Positions 28,487 to 38,517 are shown, counted from the first letter of the stretch. The stretch is DNA of 45,060 nt from Pseudobdellovibrionaceae bacterium (GCA_030591685.1 JAUVAX010000017.1:1-45060); one strand, 5' to 3'. Notes: generated from the sequence alone by a model not told the origin. Numbers and translations: made by a program.

Positions 28487-29486
28487 GTTTGTCCAGTTAG
28501 AGCATGAGGTTTTAAAGGCTTTAAAAGCGCATCGCGCTATGGGGCCGAACATTTACCTGGCCGTGTCTGGAGGGGTAGACTCTATGGCCCTACTCGAGGT
28601 GTTGAGTCGCATAAAAAAAGCCTTGAAGTTAAACATCATAGTTTTACATGTTCATCATGGTCCGACGAGGTCAGAGGCTCTAAAGGTGTTTCGTAATAGA
28701 TGCTTTCGCTTGGTAAGGGCCGCTTGTAAGGAGCGAAATTTAGAGTTTTTATCCAATGTCAGTGAGGTGAGTACTATTAAAAGTACAGCCAAATTTACGA
28801 TTAAACCCTCTACGGGACTTAAAAGTGAGGCTGATTGGCGCGGGTTTCGACGGCAGCTTTTTTCAACCTGGGTGCCAAAGGGTGGGGTTATTGCCACTGC
28901 CCATCATGCCGATGATCTACTGGAAACAAGGCTGATTCATATGATCAGAGGGGCTGGGGAGCTCGGGGTTTCATCATTAAAATTTAAGAGTAATAATTAT
29001 ATTCGTCCGCTTTTAGTTTATAGCAAGTCAGATCTTAAAAACTATTGTAAGAAAAGAGGGGTGGGTTTTTTAAACGACCCCACAAATAGCAGCACTGACC
29101 CTTTGCGAAACTGGATTCGAAATAGCTGGCTTAAGGACTTAGAAAAAAAGCGTAAAGGTGGTGTGAAAACCCTTTCTGGCTCAATAGAGAGGCTCTTGCA
29201 GCAAGCCAGAGGTGGGGGGCTAGACCCTTCTGAGCTCATTAACGAGGAGGGTATTGATTTGAGAGCACTTCGAACCTTAAGCCTAGCCGAAAAAAAGCAA
29301 GTCCTAGCAAAGTACATGAACGACCTTAAGCTTAATAACTACACAACCTCACACATTACAGAGGTCTTAAAGCGCCTTGACAGTCCAGAGAAAAAACACA
29401 ACTTTAGACTGCTTAAGTGTACATGGACAGCAGATGCGCGGCGTATAAAAGCTATTCTAAACTCCGGGACTAAGGGTACAAAGTGA
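28485..29486 (+). CDS. tilS: tRNA(Ile)-lysidine synthetase
   Basis: AVSGGVDS PP-loop, HVHHG, TAHHADDLLET, IRPLL, DPTN, RNWIR; start uncertain (TTG 28485 with AGGGG; ORF open from 28443). Confidence 0.93.
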   Translation: MFVQLEHEVLKALKAHRAMGPNIYLAVSGGVDSMALLEVLSRIKKALKLNIIVLHVHHGPTRSEALKVFRNRCFRLVRAACKERNLEFLSNVSEVSTIKSTAKFTIKPSTGLKSEADWRGFRRQLFSTWVPKGGVIATAHHADDLLETRLIHMIRGAGELGVSSLKFKSNNYIRPLLVYSKSDLKNYCKKRGVGFLNDPTNSSTDPLRNWIRNSWLKDLEKKRKGGVKTLSGSIERLLQQARGGGLDPSELINEEGIDLRALRTLSLAEKKQVLAKYMNDLKLNNYTTSHITEVLKRLDSPEKKHNFRLLKCTWTADARRIKAILNSGTKGTK

Positions 29487-29570
29487 CTACATGTTGGAAG
29501 TGTATGTGCTTAGCTGTTATTCTATAACCAGTACATTTTAAAATACTTTGTCGCTAAGGAGACATAAAAT

Positions 29571-31538
29571 ATGCGTCAATCTCAAAAAACACTCGCCTTG
29601 TGGGCACTGCTCATCGTTGTAGTTCTTGTGTTATTTCAATTAAATGATGAGCGTGGTAAAAAAGTTATTAAGGATATGAATTATCCCACTTTTGTAACGG
29701 CAGTTGAAAAGGGCCATATTAACACCGTCACCTTTAACCGTGAAAACGGTAGAATTAAAGGAGAGGTTAAACCTGAGTTTGAAACCCAGTACAACGGTTC
29801 ATCATTTGATATTGTTGGCAACACTGATGCTGAGGGTTTTAAAATTGTGCGCGAAAAGGGTTTGATCCCAAAGTACGAGTCCTCTGAAGGGTCCATGTTA
29901 ACGAACTTTTTAATCAGTTGGTTGCCCATGATTTTAATCTTTGGGATGTTTATATTTTTTATGAAGCAACTGCAAGCTGGCGGTGGTAAAGCCATGAGCT
30001 TTGGTAAAAGCCGAGCTAAAATGCTAACAGAAAACAAACTTAAAGTGACCTTTAAAGATGTCGCCGGGGTAGAAGAGGCAAAAGAAGAGCTCGAAGAAAT
30101 AGTGCAGTTTTTGAAGGATCCTAAAAAGTTCACCCGCCTTGGGGGTCGTATACCTAAAGGGGTTTTGCTTGTGGGTTCTCCAGGGACGGGTAAGACACTT
30201 CTAGCAAGAGCTATTGCAGGAGAGGCCGGAGTCCCATTTTTTACAATAGCAGGGTCTGATTTTGTTGAGATGTTTGTAGGTGTGGGTGCGAGTCGAGTTC
30301 GAGATTTATTTGAACAAGGCAAAAAAAATGCACCTTGTATAATTTTTATCGATGAAATAGACGCTGTGGGTAGGCATCGTGGTGCCGGCATGGGCGGCGG
30401 TCATGATGAGAGAGAGCAAACGCTAAACCAACTCCTTGTTGAAATGGACGGATTTGAAGGGTCTGATGGGGTGATTTTAATTGCCGCCACAAACAGGCCT
30501 GACGTTTTGGACCCAGCCCTTTTAAGGCCGGGTCGTTTTGATCGAAGAGTAGTTGTGCCCAAACCTGACATACTTGGCCGTGAGCTTATTTTAAAGGTCC
30601 ATTCAAAAAAAGTCCCCCTATCAGATGGGGTTGATTTAAATATTATTGCTAAGGGAACCCCTGGTTTTTCAGGTGCTGATCTTGAAAACTTAGTGAATGA
30701 GTCGGCTCTTTATGCCGCTCGAAAAAATAAACATCAAGTAGACATGAATGATTTTGAGATAGCTAAGGATAAAATACTAATGGGTGGAGAGCGACGCTCT
30801 ATGGTCATTAGTGAAGAGGACCGCCGTGTAACGGCTTTTCATGAGGCCGGTCACACCATCGTCGGTCAGTCGTTAAAGGGGCTCGACCCCATACATAAGG
30901 TGACCATTGTCCCCAGGGGTATGGCTTTAGGTGTAACTCAAACACTCCCTGAAAAAGAAATGTTAAATATGTCAAAAACAAAAGCGACAAGTATGATTGC
31001 TTTTTTATTTGGTGGCCGCGCGGCCGAGGAAGTGGCCTTAAATGATGTAACTACAGGGGCTAGTAACGATATAGAGCGGGCGACAGAGCTGGCTCGCTCC
31101 ATGGTGTGCGAATGGGGCATGAGTGATAAAATAGGACCCATATCATTAGAAAAAAAGGAAGGCCCCGTGTTTTTAGGGATGCAGTCTAATGAGCGTCGTG
31201 ATTACTCTGATGAAAAGGCCAAAGAAATTGATTTAGAAGTAGATCGCCTTATAGGGGATGCTTATAAGAGTGCTAAAAAGATCCTTAAAGATAAACGCCC
31301 CATACTTGATGAAATGGCTAAAGCATTATTAGAGCTTGAAACCATCACAGGCAAAGATGTTCAAATGTTGATGGATGGCGACAAGGTAGAGGCTCTCATA
31401 GAAAAGCGAGCCACGGCAAAAGCTAAACTCGAAGAAGAAAACGAACGCGCCCGTGTTGAATCTGAAAAAAAGGAAGCTCAAGAAGAAAAAAAGAAGGGTA
31501 GTGACCCTGTAGGCAACACAGACCCTGTAACAGCATAA
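29571..31538 (+). CDS. ftsH: ATP-dependent zinc metalloprotease FtsH
   Basis: Two TMs, GSPGTGKT Walker [21 protein letters not shown]. Confidence 0.98.
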   Translation: MRQSQKTLALWALLIVVVLVLFQLNDERGKKVIKDMNYPTFVTAVEKGHINTVTFNRENGRIKGEVKPEFETQYNGSSFDIVGNTDAEGFKIVREKGLIPKYESSEGSMLTNFLISWLPMILIFGMFIFFMKQLQAGGGKAMSFGKSRAKMLTENKLKVTFKDVAGVEEAKEELEEIVQFLKDPKKFTRLGGRIPKGVLLVGSPGTGKTLLARAIAGEAGVPFFTIAGSDFVEMFVGVGASRVRDLFEQGKKNAPCIIFIDEIDAVGRHRGAGMGGGHDEREQTLNQLLVEMDGFEGSDGVILIAATNRPDVLDPALLRPGRFDRRVVVPKPDILGRELILKVHSKKVPLSDGVDLNIIAKGTPGFSGADLENLVNESALYAARKNKHQVDMNDFEIAKDKILMGGERRSMVISEEDRRVTAFHEAGHTIVGQSLKGLDPIHKVTIVPRGMALGVTQTLPEKEMLNMSKTKATSMIAFLFGGRAAEEVALNDVTTGASNDIERATELARSMVCEWGMSDKIGPISLEKKEGPVFLGMQSNERRDYSDEKAKEIDLEVDRLIGDAYKSAKKILKDKRPILDEMAKALLELETITGKDVQMLMDGDKVEALIEKRATAKAKLEEENERARVESEKKEAQEEKKKGSDPVGNTDPVTA

Positions 31539-31559
31539 AAAGCAACCAAGGATGGCATC

Positions 31560-32363
31560 ATAGACCACTTTATTGAGAGCATAAAAATAACTGTAGGGCA
31601 GTTTCAAGTTCAAGATGTTGCAGATATTTTTTTGGTGTGGTTTGTTGTTTATAGAGTCCTTATTTTATCTAAAAGGTCTGGAGCTGTTCAAATACTTTCA
31701 GGGATTGGTTTTCTCGCCATTGCCTATTTACTCAGTATATGGCTTGAGTTGGTCACGTTTAACTGGCTTTTAGAAAAGTTTTTTTCAAATCTATTTTTAA
31801 TCACAGTTATTTTGTTTCAAGGAGAGATCAGAAGAGCGTTGGCACAAATTGGCAGTAACCCCTTTTTGTCAGGGGTCACCTTGGGCGAAGAAGCTCATAT
31901 TATTGATGAGCTCGCAAAGGGGGTTATGCAACTGGCTCAAAAGGGTTGTGGGGCACTTATTGTTATAGAGCGTGAAATTGATTTAGAGTATTTTATTGAA
32001 ATGGGTACAGAGATGGATGCCACTTTAAAATCAGAAACTCTTTACTCTATATTTCAACCTCATAGCCCCATACACGACGGGGCTGTCATCATCCGTGGGG
32101 GCCGTATATATGCTGCTGGGTGCTTTTTGCCTCTGAGCAAAAACCCGTTATTAGATAAAAACTTAGGGACTCGCCACCGAGCGGCCGTTGGTTTAACAGA
32201 AGAAACGGATGCCTATGTTTTTGTAGTCAGTGAAGAGAGCAACAATGTAGGCATAGTACACAGTGGTCAGTTAGAGCCTGATTTGGACCATGCACAAATT
32301 AGACAGGCAATAAGTGATATTTTTAAAATTAAAATTAGAAGCTCAGATCGGAGCTTTGCATGA
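31560..32363 (+). CDS. cdaA: Diadenylate cyclase CdaA/DacA
   Basis: Three N-terminal TMs, FQGEIRRAL, HDGA, GTRHRAA, VVSEE. Start uncertain: first standard codon is TTG 31632 but the frame is open from 31539 and ATA 31560 has an AAGGA RBS. Confidence 0.9.
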   Translation: MDHFIESIKITVGQFQVQDVADIFLVWFVVYRVLILSKRSGAVQILSGIGFLAIAYLLSIWLELVTFNWLLEKFFSNLFLITVILFQGEIRRALAQIGSNPFLSGVTLGEEAHIIDELAKGVMQLAQKGCGALIVIEREIDLEYFIEMGTEMDATLKSETLYSIFQPHSPIHDGAVIIRGGRIYAAGCFLPLSKNPLLDKNLGTRHRAAVGLTEETDAYVFVVSEESNNVGIVHSGQLEPDLDHAQIRQAISDIFKIKIRSSDRSFA

Positions 32364-32767
32364 CTTTAAAACAGCGATTTAATAAATACGTACTGCATAA
32401 TGGGAGCTATAAACTCGTAGCTCTTTTTGTGAGCTTAGTGCTCTGGGTAACGCTGCTTGGTCGTGCTGATTTGGTATTAAGTCATAAAATGGAACTAAAA
32501 TTTTCAATGATCCCATCAAGAGCCATCACCAATAGAGTTTATAAAAATGTTCAGGTTAAAATTTCAGGCCCAAGATCAGGCCTAAAGAGGTTCACAGAAA
32601 ATGAAAGATTAATTTTTCTTAATTTAGAAAAACTACCATTAGGTAAAAGTAGAGTCCTTATTAACAAAGAGTCTTTAAATTTACCAGTCGGTGTTAAAGT
32701 GATTTCTATTAAGCCTCCAAGCATTAAAATTATTATTGAGGAAATAAAAAATAAGCGTAAAAATTAA
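32360..32767 (+). CDS. cdaR: CdaR/YbbR-like protein (single domain)
   Basis: YKLVALFVSLVLW TM, VQVKISGP, LPVGVKVISIKP; lies between cdaA and glmM. Confidence 0.8.
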   Translation: MTLKQRFNKYVLHNGSYKLVALFVSLVLWVTLLGRADLVLSHKMELKFSMIPSRAITNRVYKNVQVKISGPRSGLKRFTENERLIFLNLEKLPLGKSRVLINKESLNLPVGVKVISIKPPSIKIIIEEIKNKRKN

Positions 32768-32769
32768 GG

Positions 32770-34194
32770 ATGGTTAAAAAAGTGACAAAGAAAAAAACTA
32801 TGAATTCAAGCAATAGAGAAACAAGCAATATACCAAAGCTTTTTGGTACAGATGGCATACGGTGCACTTCAAATACATACCCTATGACACCTGATTTGGT
32901 CTTAAAAGTGGGACAAGCCATGGGACATTTGTTGCAAAAGCAACCCAGTCGTAGGGGGAGTGATAAAAGAACTGTTTTAATTGGCAAAGACACACGTATT
33001 TCAGGTTATATGTTAGAGCAAGCTCTCTCGGCAGGTTTAAACTCTATGGGTGTTCGGGTGATTTTGGTGGGCCCCTTGCCCACACCAGGCATTGGTTACC
33101 TGGCACGAAATATGCGCGCGGATGCTGGGGTTGTTATCTCGGCCTCGCACAATGCTTTTTATGATAATGGGATAAAAATATTTGGTTCTGATGGTTTTAA
33201 GGCCCCCGCTGAGTGGGAGAGGGAGATTGAGCGACTTGTTGCTATTGAGGATCTATCAAAACTACTAGCCCCATCAGAAAAAATAGGCCGCACACGTCGT
33301 ATTGAAGACGCCGCTGGCAGGTACATTGTGTATGCTAAAAGCTCATTGCCTTACAATTTATCTCTTGATGGTTTGCGCATAGTTTTAGATTGCGCCAATG
33401 GAGCTTCATATAAAGTGGCCCCGGCTATTTTTGAAGAGCTGGGTGCAGAGGTGATTGTTTTAGGTGATACCCCAAATGGTTACAATATTAATGACAAGGT
33501 GGGGGCACTGTACCCTCAACAAACCTGTGATGCTGTTATAAAATTTAGAGCGGACCTTGGCATTAGTTTAGATGGCGATGCCGACAGAGTTATAATGATT
33601 GATGAAAAAGGGGATGTTGTAAACGGAGATCATATACTGGCAATATGTGCTCTTCACTTGGCCAGTCAAAATAGACTGCCTAAAAAAACAATTGTCGCTA
33701 CTGAGATGAGTAATTTTGGCTTAGATAAAATTATGAAACAAAACGGTATAAAGGTTGTGCGTACAGATGTTGGTGATAAGTACGTTGTTGAAGAAATGCG
33801 AAAATCTGGTTTTGTGCTTGGTGGGGAGCAGTCGGGGCATATTATATTTTTAGATCACTCCACAACAGGTGACGGTTGCGTGGCCGCATTGAACGTTCTT
33901 GGTGTTATGGTGGGAGAGGGTAAAAAACTCTCAGAATTAAGAAGTGTCTTTGAGGACTCACCACAGGTGTTAATTAATACCCATATCACTCATAAGTTAC
34001 CACTTGAAGAAATTGAGGGTTATACTGAATTAATCGAAAAAGTACGTAAGCAGCTTCAGTCCAATGGGCGAATATTTGTTCGGTACTCCGGTACAGAGCC
34101 TTTAGTCAGAGTTCTTGTTGAGGGGCCTGACAAGCGGTTAATTACAGGCATGGCTGAGGACGTGTCTAATTTTTTACAACGAGCACTGTCTTAA
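32770..34194 (+). CDS. glmM: Phosphoglucosamine mutase
   Basis: FGTDGIR, GKDTRISG, ISASHN, DGDADR, GGEQSGH, RYSGTEP. Confidence 0.97.
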   Translation: MVKKVTKKKTMNSSNRETSNIPKLFGTDGIRCTSNTYPMTPDLVLKVGQAMGHLLQKQPSRRGSDKRTVLIGKDTRISGYMLEQALSAGLNSMGVRVILVGPLPTPGIGYLARNMRADAGVVISASHNAFYDNGIKIFGSDGFKAPAEWEREIERLVAIEDLSKLLAPSEKIGRTRRIEDAAGRYIVYAKSSLPYNLSLDGLRIVLDCANGASYKVAPAIFEELGAEVIVLGDTPNGYNINDKVGALYPQQTCDAVIKFRADLGISLDGDADRVIMIDEKGDVVNGDHILAICALHLASQNRLPKKTIVATEMSNFGLDKIMKQNGIKVVRTDVGDKYVVEEMRKSGFVLGGEQSGHIIFLDHSTTGDGCVAALNVLGVMVGEGKKLSELRSVFEDSPQVLINTHITHKLPLEEIEGYTELIEKVRKQLQSNGRIFVRYSGTEPLVRVLVEGPDKRLITGMAEDVSNFLQRALS

Positions 34195-34209
34195 CACATT
34201 TGAGGACCT

Positions 34210-35718
34210 ATGAGATTAGCAACTATTGAGCAATGTAAAAAAATAGAGCATCTGTCTACTCTTGAATACGATTTAAGCGACGAAATATTAATGGAGTCTG
34301 CAGGGGCCATTGCGGCTCGTGAAATTGAGCAATCATTCTTCCCAGAAATAAAAAGAGGTCAGGTGGCTATTGTCTGTGGCCCTGGTAATAATGGTGGTGA
34401 TGGGCTTGTTTTAGCCAGGCATTTACATTCAGCAGGGCATAGAAATTTAATTTTATTTATTCTAACTCAAGAAGGCTCTTCCTCTGAACTATTTAAAAAA
34501 CAACTCAATCGTGTTCGTTTGCAGGGCTTAAAAGTAATTAATATTATTGAAGAGCCAGAAAAGAAAAATAAGATTTTAGATTGTTCTTTAGTTGTAGACG
34601 CCATCTTTGGAATTGGCTTAGCTCGTGAAATAACGGGTGAGCATTTAAAGACAATAGATATTATTAACTCAGTTAAAGTGCCTGTGTTGAGCTTAGATAC
34701 GCCATCAGGCTTAAATTGTGATAGTGGCACTGTTTCGGGTGCTATTATAAATGCACATATGACGTTGTCTTTTGGACTAGCTAAGCCAGGTTTTTTTGTG
34801 GCTGAGGGGCCACAATATGTTGGAAAACTGAGGATTTTACCTATTGGGTTTCCTTATGAAATCCTAAGGAGTGCGGCGACGACTCATTTTGTGTTCACAG
34901 AAAAACTAGCAAGGCGTTATTTACCCAAAAGGCCCCAGACGAGCAATAAATCTGATCACGGCCATGTGCTTGTTATGGCGGGCAGTGAGGGGATGTGGGG
35001 GGCAGGGGTGCTTTGTGCCTCTAGCGCATACCGCGTTGGGGCTGGGTATGTGACTTGGGCGAGTTTTAAAAAACCTGAAGTATTAGAGGAGGCACCTGAA
35101 ATTTTAACAACCGACTTGTCATCTGAGAAAATATGGAGTTTAAAAAAAGTTTCAGCCGTAGCTATTGGGCCAGGCCTTGGGGTCACAAAGCAAACCGCTG
35201 AGGTGATTGAGCGACTTAAAAAAACGGACTGGCCGGTGGTGCTAGATGCGGATGCCATTACTGCCTGTGTAGAGTTTGATTTACTCCCCCTTCCAAGTCA
35301 TTGGGTTATTACTCCTCATACAGGTGAACTCTCTAAAATAATAAAAAAAGAAGTTCGATTTATTGAGAAAAACCGCTTTGAGTCAGCTTTAGAGGCCTCA
35401 ACGTATACAGGTTGCCACGTGCTACTTAAGGGATTTAGAAGTGTTTTAGCTTACGGCCATAGAACTATGGTTATTAATTCAGGAAACAGTGCTTTATCAA
35501 AAGCAGGTACTGGGGATGTCCTAACTGGCATGATCAGTGGGTTTTTAGCACAAGGTGTAGACCCAGTGCAGGCAACAGGTACAGCGGCTTATATTCATGG
35601 TCGCATGGCTGATGAGTGGGTTAGGTCTGGGCACGACCGCAGAAGCCTCATGGCTTCTGATTTACGAAACCATTTGCCACAGCTTATGAATCGTTTAGAA
35701 ACAGGGGCTCTTGTTTAG
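34210..35718 (+). CDS. nnr: Bifunctional NAD(P)H-hydrate epimerase/dehydratase
   Basis: LMESAG, GPGNNGGDG, VDAIFGIG, DTPSG, GPGLG, LDADA, TPHTGE, AGTGDVL. Confidence 0.95.
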   Translation: MRLATIEQCKKIEHLSTLEYDLSDEILMESAGAIAAREIEQSFFPEIKRGQVAIVCGPGNNGGDGLVLARHLHSAGHRNLILFILTQEGSSSELFKKQLNRVRLQGLKVINIIEEPEKKNKILDCSLVVDAIFGIGLAREITGEHLKTIDIINSVKVPVLSLDTPSGLNCDSGTVSGAIINAHMTLSFGLAKPGFFVAEGPQYVGKLRILPIGFPYEILRSAATTHFVFTEKLARRYLPKRPQTSNKSDHGHVLVMAGSEGMWGAGVLCASSAYRVGAGYVTWASFKKPEVLEEAPEILTTDLSSEKIWSLKKVSAVAIGPGLGVTKQTAEVIERLKKTDWPVVLDADAITACVEFDLLPLPSHWVITPHTGELSKIIKKEVRFIEKNRFESALEASTYTGCHVLLKGFRSVLAYGHRTMVINSGNSALSKAGTGDVLTGMISGFLAQGVDPVQATGTAAYIHGRMADEWVRSGHDRRSLMASDLRNHLPQLMNRLETGALV

Positions 35719-35730
35719 TCAGGTTTAAAA

Positions 35731-36153
35731 ATGAAATCAATTACGGTAAATAATCTAGATGAGTTTAAATCATTTGTTTTAAACCTTAAAAAGAACTTAT
35801 CAAGTAAACAACTTATTTTACTAAACGGACCTTTGGGATCTGGTAAGACACAGTTTGTAAAGTGTTTAGTTGATGGTGCTGATGATGTTACATCGCCGAC
35901 TTTTTCTATACATAATAAATATCAATTAAAAAATATAACTATTGATCATTTTGATTTATATCGACTAGAGGGCGATGAAGATTTAGATTCAACAGGTTTT
36001 TGGGATATTTTTAATCAAAGCTCAGGGCTTGTAATTGTTGAGTGGGCTGATCGTTTGCCTCAAGAGGTTTACCCTTTAAATTGGCCTCAAATGTTAATAA
36101 CCATAGGTCTTGTTGAGGGAGAGGCCGATCAAAGAATTATTACTGTTGAGTAG
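35731..36153 (+). CDS. tsaE: t6A biosynthesis ATPase TsaE
   Basis: GPLGSGKT, VTSPTF, HFDLYRL, VEWAD. Confidence 0.96.
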   Translation: MKSITVNNLDEFKSFVLNLKKNLSSKQLILLNGPLGSGKTQFVKCLVDGADDVTSPTFSIHNKYQLKNITIDHFDLYRLEGDEDLDSTGFWDIFNQSSGLVIVEWADRLPQEVYPLNWPQMLITIGLVEGEADQRIITVE

Positions 36154-36198
36154 TTTTTTAAAAGTTTGAGGACTTTTTTTACTAGAGTCAGTTTTTAG

Positions 36199-38163
36199 TT
36201 AGGCGGATTTAACGTATTCGTCAGTTAAAGATTCGACAAACATTTTAACTGTGCTGGTCGCAAAATTTAGAGTTTCAGAGGTGTTTTTATCCGAACTACT
36301 TGTGCATAAAAGGCAGCCCCAAAGATTACCGTTACGAACTATAGGTACGGCAGTGACTTGTACTGGTGGTCCGGCCATAGGGAGGAAGTTGCCAAAAAAC
36401 TGGTTATGTGTATCGCATTCATTAATGGGGCCATGGTAGGGCATGCTAGACCTGGCAACGACTCTAAATAAACTAGGGCTATTTAAAGGTACGGAGAGTG
36501 AGGTAGGGTCTTTAACCGTCCAAGTATTATCTCTTTTCCAAATATTAAATTTATTTTGATCATAAGTTAAAAACATAACACTTTGAAAGTGATGTTGTAG
36601 CTCTTTGAAGTACCAAGCTAAGGTTTCATCAAGTGTTGTGGCATCGCTTAGCTTTGCAGGGGGTATGACTGCAACCTCTTGGGTGGGTGCGGAGCTGGTT
36701 TGGTTTGGCGATAAGAGCTTAGACACCTCAACAGATGGAATCGTTATAGGCGCTTCACTGGTAGCCTGTTCAGCTACGGGTTCACTAACTCCAGAAACAG
36801 GCTCTTGAGTCTCTTGTGAACTAAGGGGGGCGTTACTTGGCGTCGAGCTTTGAGGTTTTAGTGAGACTTTCTCTGGATGATTATGTTTAACATTAGTATC
36901 CACTAGATCAACACTGAGTCCGGCGGGCGCTACATCTACTGGGTCTGCAACTTTAATCTCATCTTCTGTCGACTCAGGGGCCTCACCACTAATTAACTTA
37001 TCGATAAGGGCTTGTTGGATTTCCTCTGGGGTGGGTGGTTTTTCGATTTTCATATCGAGCCCTTTGGGGACCTCTCCGCTTGTTTCGGCGCGTCCTTCGG
37101 CATATTTTTGGGACTCATCGGTCTTAATTTCCTCTTTCATAATGGCAAAAGGGTCATTTGTGTTAACCCCTTTTTTAAGGCCATCAAAATTTAACCCATC
37201 AGGAGTTTGAACATAGTCATCAGAGGTTGTCGCATTAAAATCAATGGGCTCAAAAATGAGGGTTTTAGTTGAGGGTGTTCCTGGAGTGTTCTCTTCTGTG
37301 GTGCTCGATTCTTGAATGGGCTTGTCGGAGTGGTTTTCTGCTTGAGTGGCCTTACTCTCTAAGGGCGCTGATGAATCAGAGGTAGTATTTAAGTTTTTAA
37401 GACCATTGAGTGACGAGGAGTCAATGGCTTGAGTCACCGTAATCGACATAGAGTCATCGGTCACTTCAGTGGCTTGCTCTGTAGTGCTAATAGTGCTTTC
37501 GAGCACCTCTGTTGCTTGTTCTATATCGGGTACTAAATTATTAAGTACTTGAGTGGCTTGCTCTGTATCGGGTACTAAATTATTAAGTACTTGAGTGGCC
37601 TGCTCTGTATCGGGAATTAAATTATTAAGGACCTGAGTGGCCTGCTCCGTAACGGGTACTGGGTCAGAAATATTTAACGAGTCATTTTGTAAATCATTTT
37701 GAGAGCTAAGAACTGGAGGTTGATTTACAATGGGCTCACTTATTGGCCCTGAGGCCTCAGGTGTATGAGACCTTAGTGCTTCCCAAGTGGATTTTATAAG
37801 TTCCGGTTTGGCAAAAACATACTTTACTTCAAAGGGGTAATTGTGGGTTTGTATGGGCTCAGTACAGGCTATAAAAACAACGTTCTCCCAAATAGATAGT
37901 GGGAGTACGGAGTCGTTGAACTCAACCTTTTGAGCGAGCTGTTTATAAGTATTTTGAATTTGAGGGGTATGAAAAAATGAGTCATTTACTTCAGCAATGC
38001 CATAGTACTCTTTAGCCCATTTAAAATAACCCTCTGAAGGTACATAGCCTTGCAGTAAACACCAGTAAATCAGAGGGGTTTCAGAGGGAGTCTCATTTTT
38101 CCACTGCTGTACTTGTTGATCTGAAATATTAAGGGCTTGAGCCCAGGGTATGCTGTTACTCAT
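36199..38163 (-). CDS. Hypothetical protein: globular N-terminus, acidic low-complexity repeat linker, GAF-like C-terminus
   Basis: 654 aa; C-terminal PSLFRVVARSSMPYHG..VTAVPIVRNGNLWGCLL resembles a GAF fold. Confidence 0.75.
   Translation of the reverse strand: MSNSIPWAQALNISDQQVQQWKNETPSETPLIYWCLLQGYVPSEGYFKWAKEYYGIAEVNDSFFHTPQIQNTYKQLAQKVEFNDSVLPLSIWENVVFIACTEPIQTHNYPFEVKYVFAKPELIKSTWEALRSHTPEASGPISEPIVNQPPVLSSQNDLQNDSLNISDPVPVTEQATQVLNNLIPDTEQATQVLNNLVPDTEQATQVLNNLVPDIEQATEVLESTISTTEQATEVTDDSMSITVTQAIDSSSLNGLKNLNTTSDSSAPLESKATQAENHSDKPIQESSTTEENTPGTPSTKTLIFEPIDFNATTSDDYVQTPDGLNFDGLKKGVNTNDPFAIMKEEIKTDESQKYAEGRAETSGEVPKGLDMKIEKPPTPEEIQQALIDKLISGEAPESTEDEIKVADPVDVAPAGLSVDLVDTNVKHNHPEKVSLKPQSSTPSNAPLSSQETQEPVSGVSEPVAEQATSEAPITIPSVEVSKLLSPNQTSSAPTQEVAVIPPAKLSDATTLDETLAWYFKELQHHFQSVMFLTYDQNKFNIWKRDNTWTVKDPTSLSVPLNSPSLFRVVARSSMPYHGPINECDTHNQFFGNFLPMAGPPVQVTAVPIVRNGNLWGCLLCTSSSDKNTSETLNFATSTVKMFVESLTDEYVKSA
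37525..37650. repeat. 3 x 42-bp coding tandem repeat (TEQATQVLNNLVPD), with two decayed copies at 37441-37524
   Basis: Unit ATCGGGTACTAAATTATTAAGTACTTGAGTGGCTTGCTCTGT. Confidence 0.95.
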
Positions 38164-38517
38164 ATTGATAATTTCGGTTATTTTTATATTGATCTTTAAT
38201 AATCCCCCTATGTAAGGGATAGCTTAATAAATAAAATTAAGAGTGTCATAATTTGAGACGAACAAAAAGGGGCGCAGGAGTAATGACCTAAATGTGTGAG
38301 GGCTGGTGTTCTGGTTTTTTTTAGTCGGGCTAGTGAGAGCTCCACCGTTGAGCTAGTAGCTAGCTTGTAAAAAGGTGTCACTCGTTGGATTACGGGGCTT
38401 ATACATGGCTTTGAGAACATTCCGTAACTGGCTGTAATTACTGATGTTATTTTCAATCTAAAGCGGGCCTGAATGAGGTAAGTTTTTTGAGTATTCAAGG
38501 GCCCATTTTGGTGTTAT

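Noticed and set aside
29681..30391. 236-aa antisense ORF in ftsH and other short shadow ORFs (for example 3169, 6940, 15018, 22713, 34956, 38208, 44668)
   Set aside because: Antisense or alternate-frame shadows of well-supported genes, or motif-free ORFs without RBS support
37525..37650. Partly palindromic 42-bp repeats as CRISPR or REP elements
   Set aside because: Contiguous, in-frame and without unique spacers
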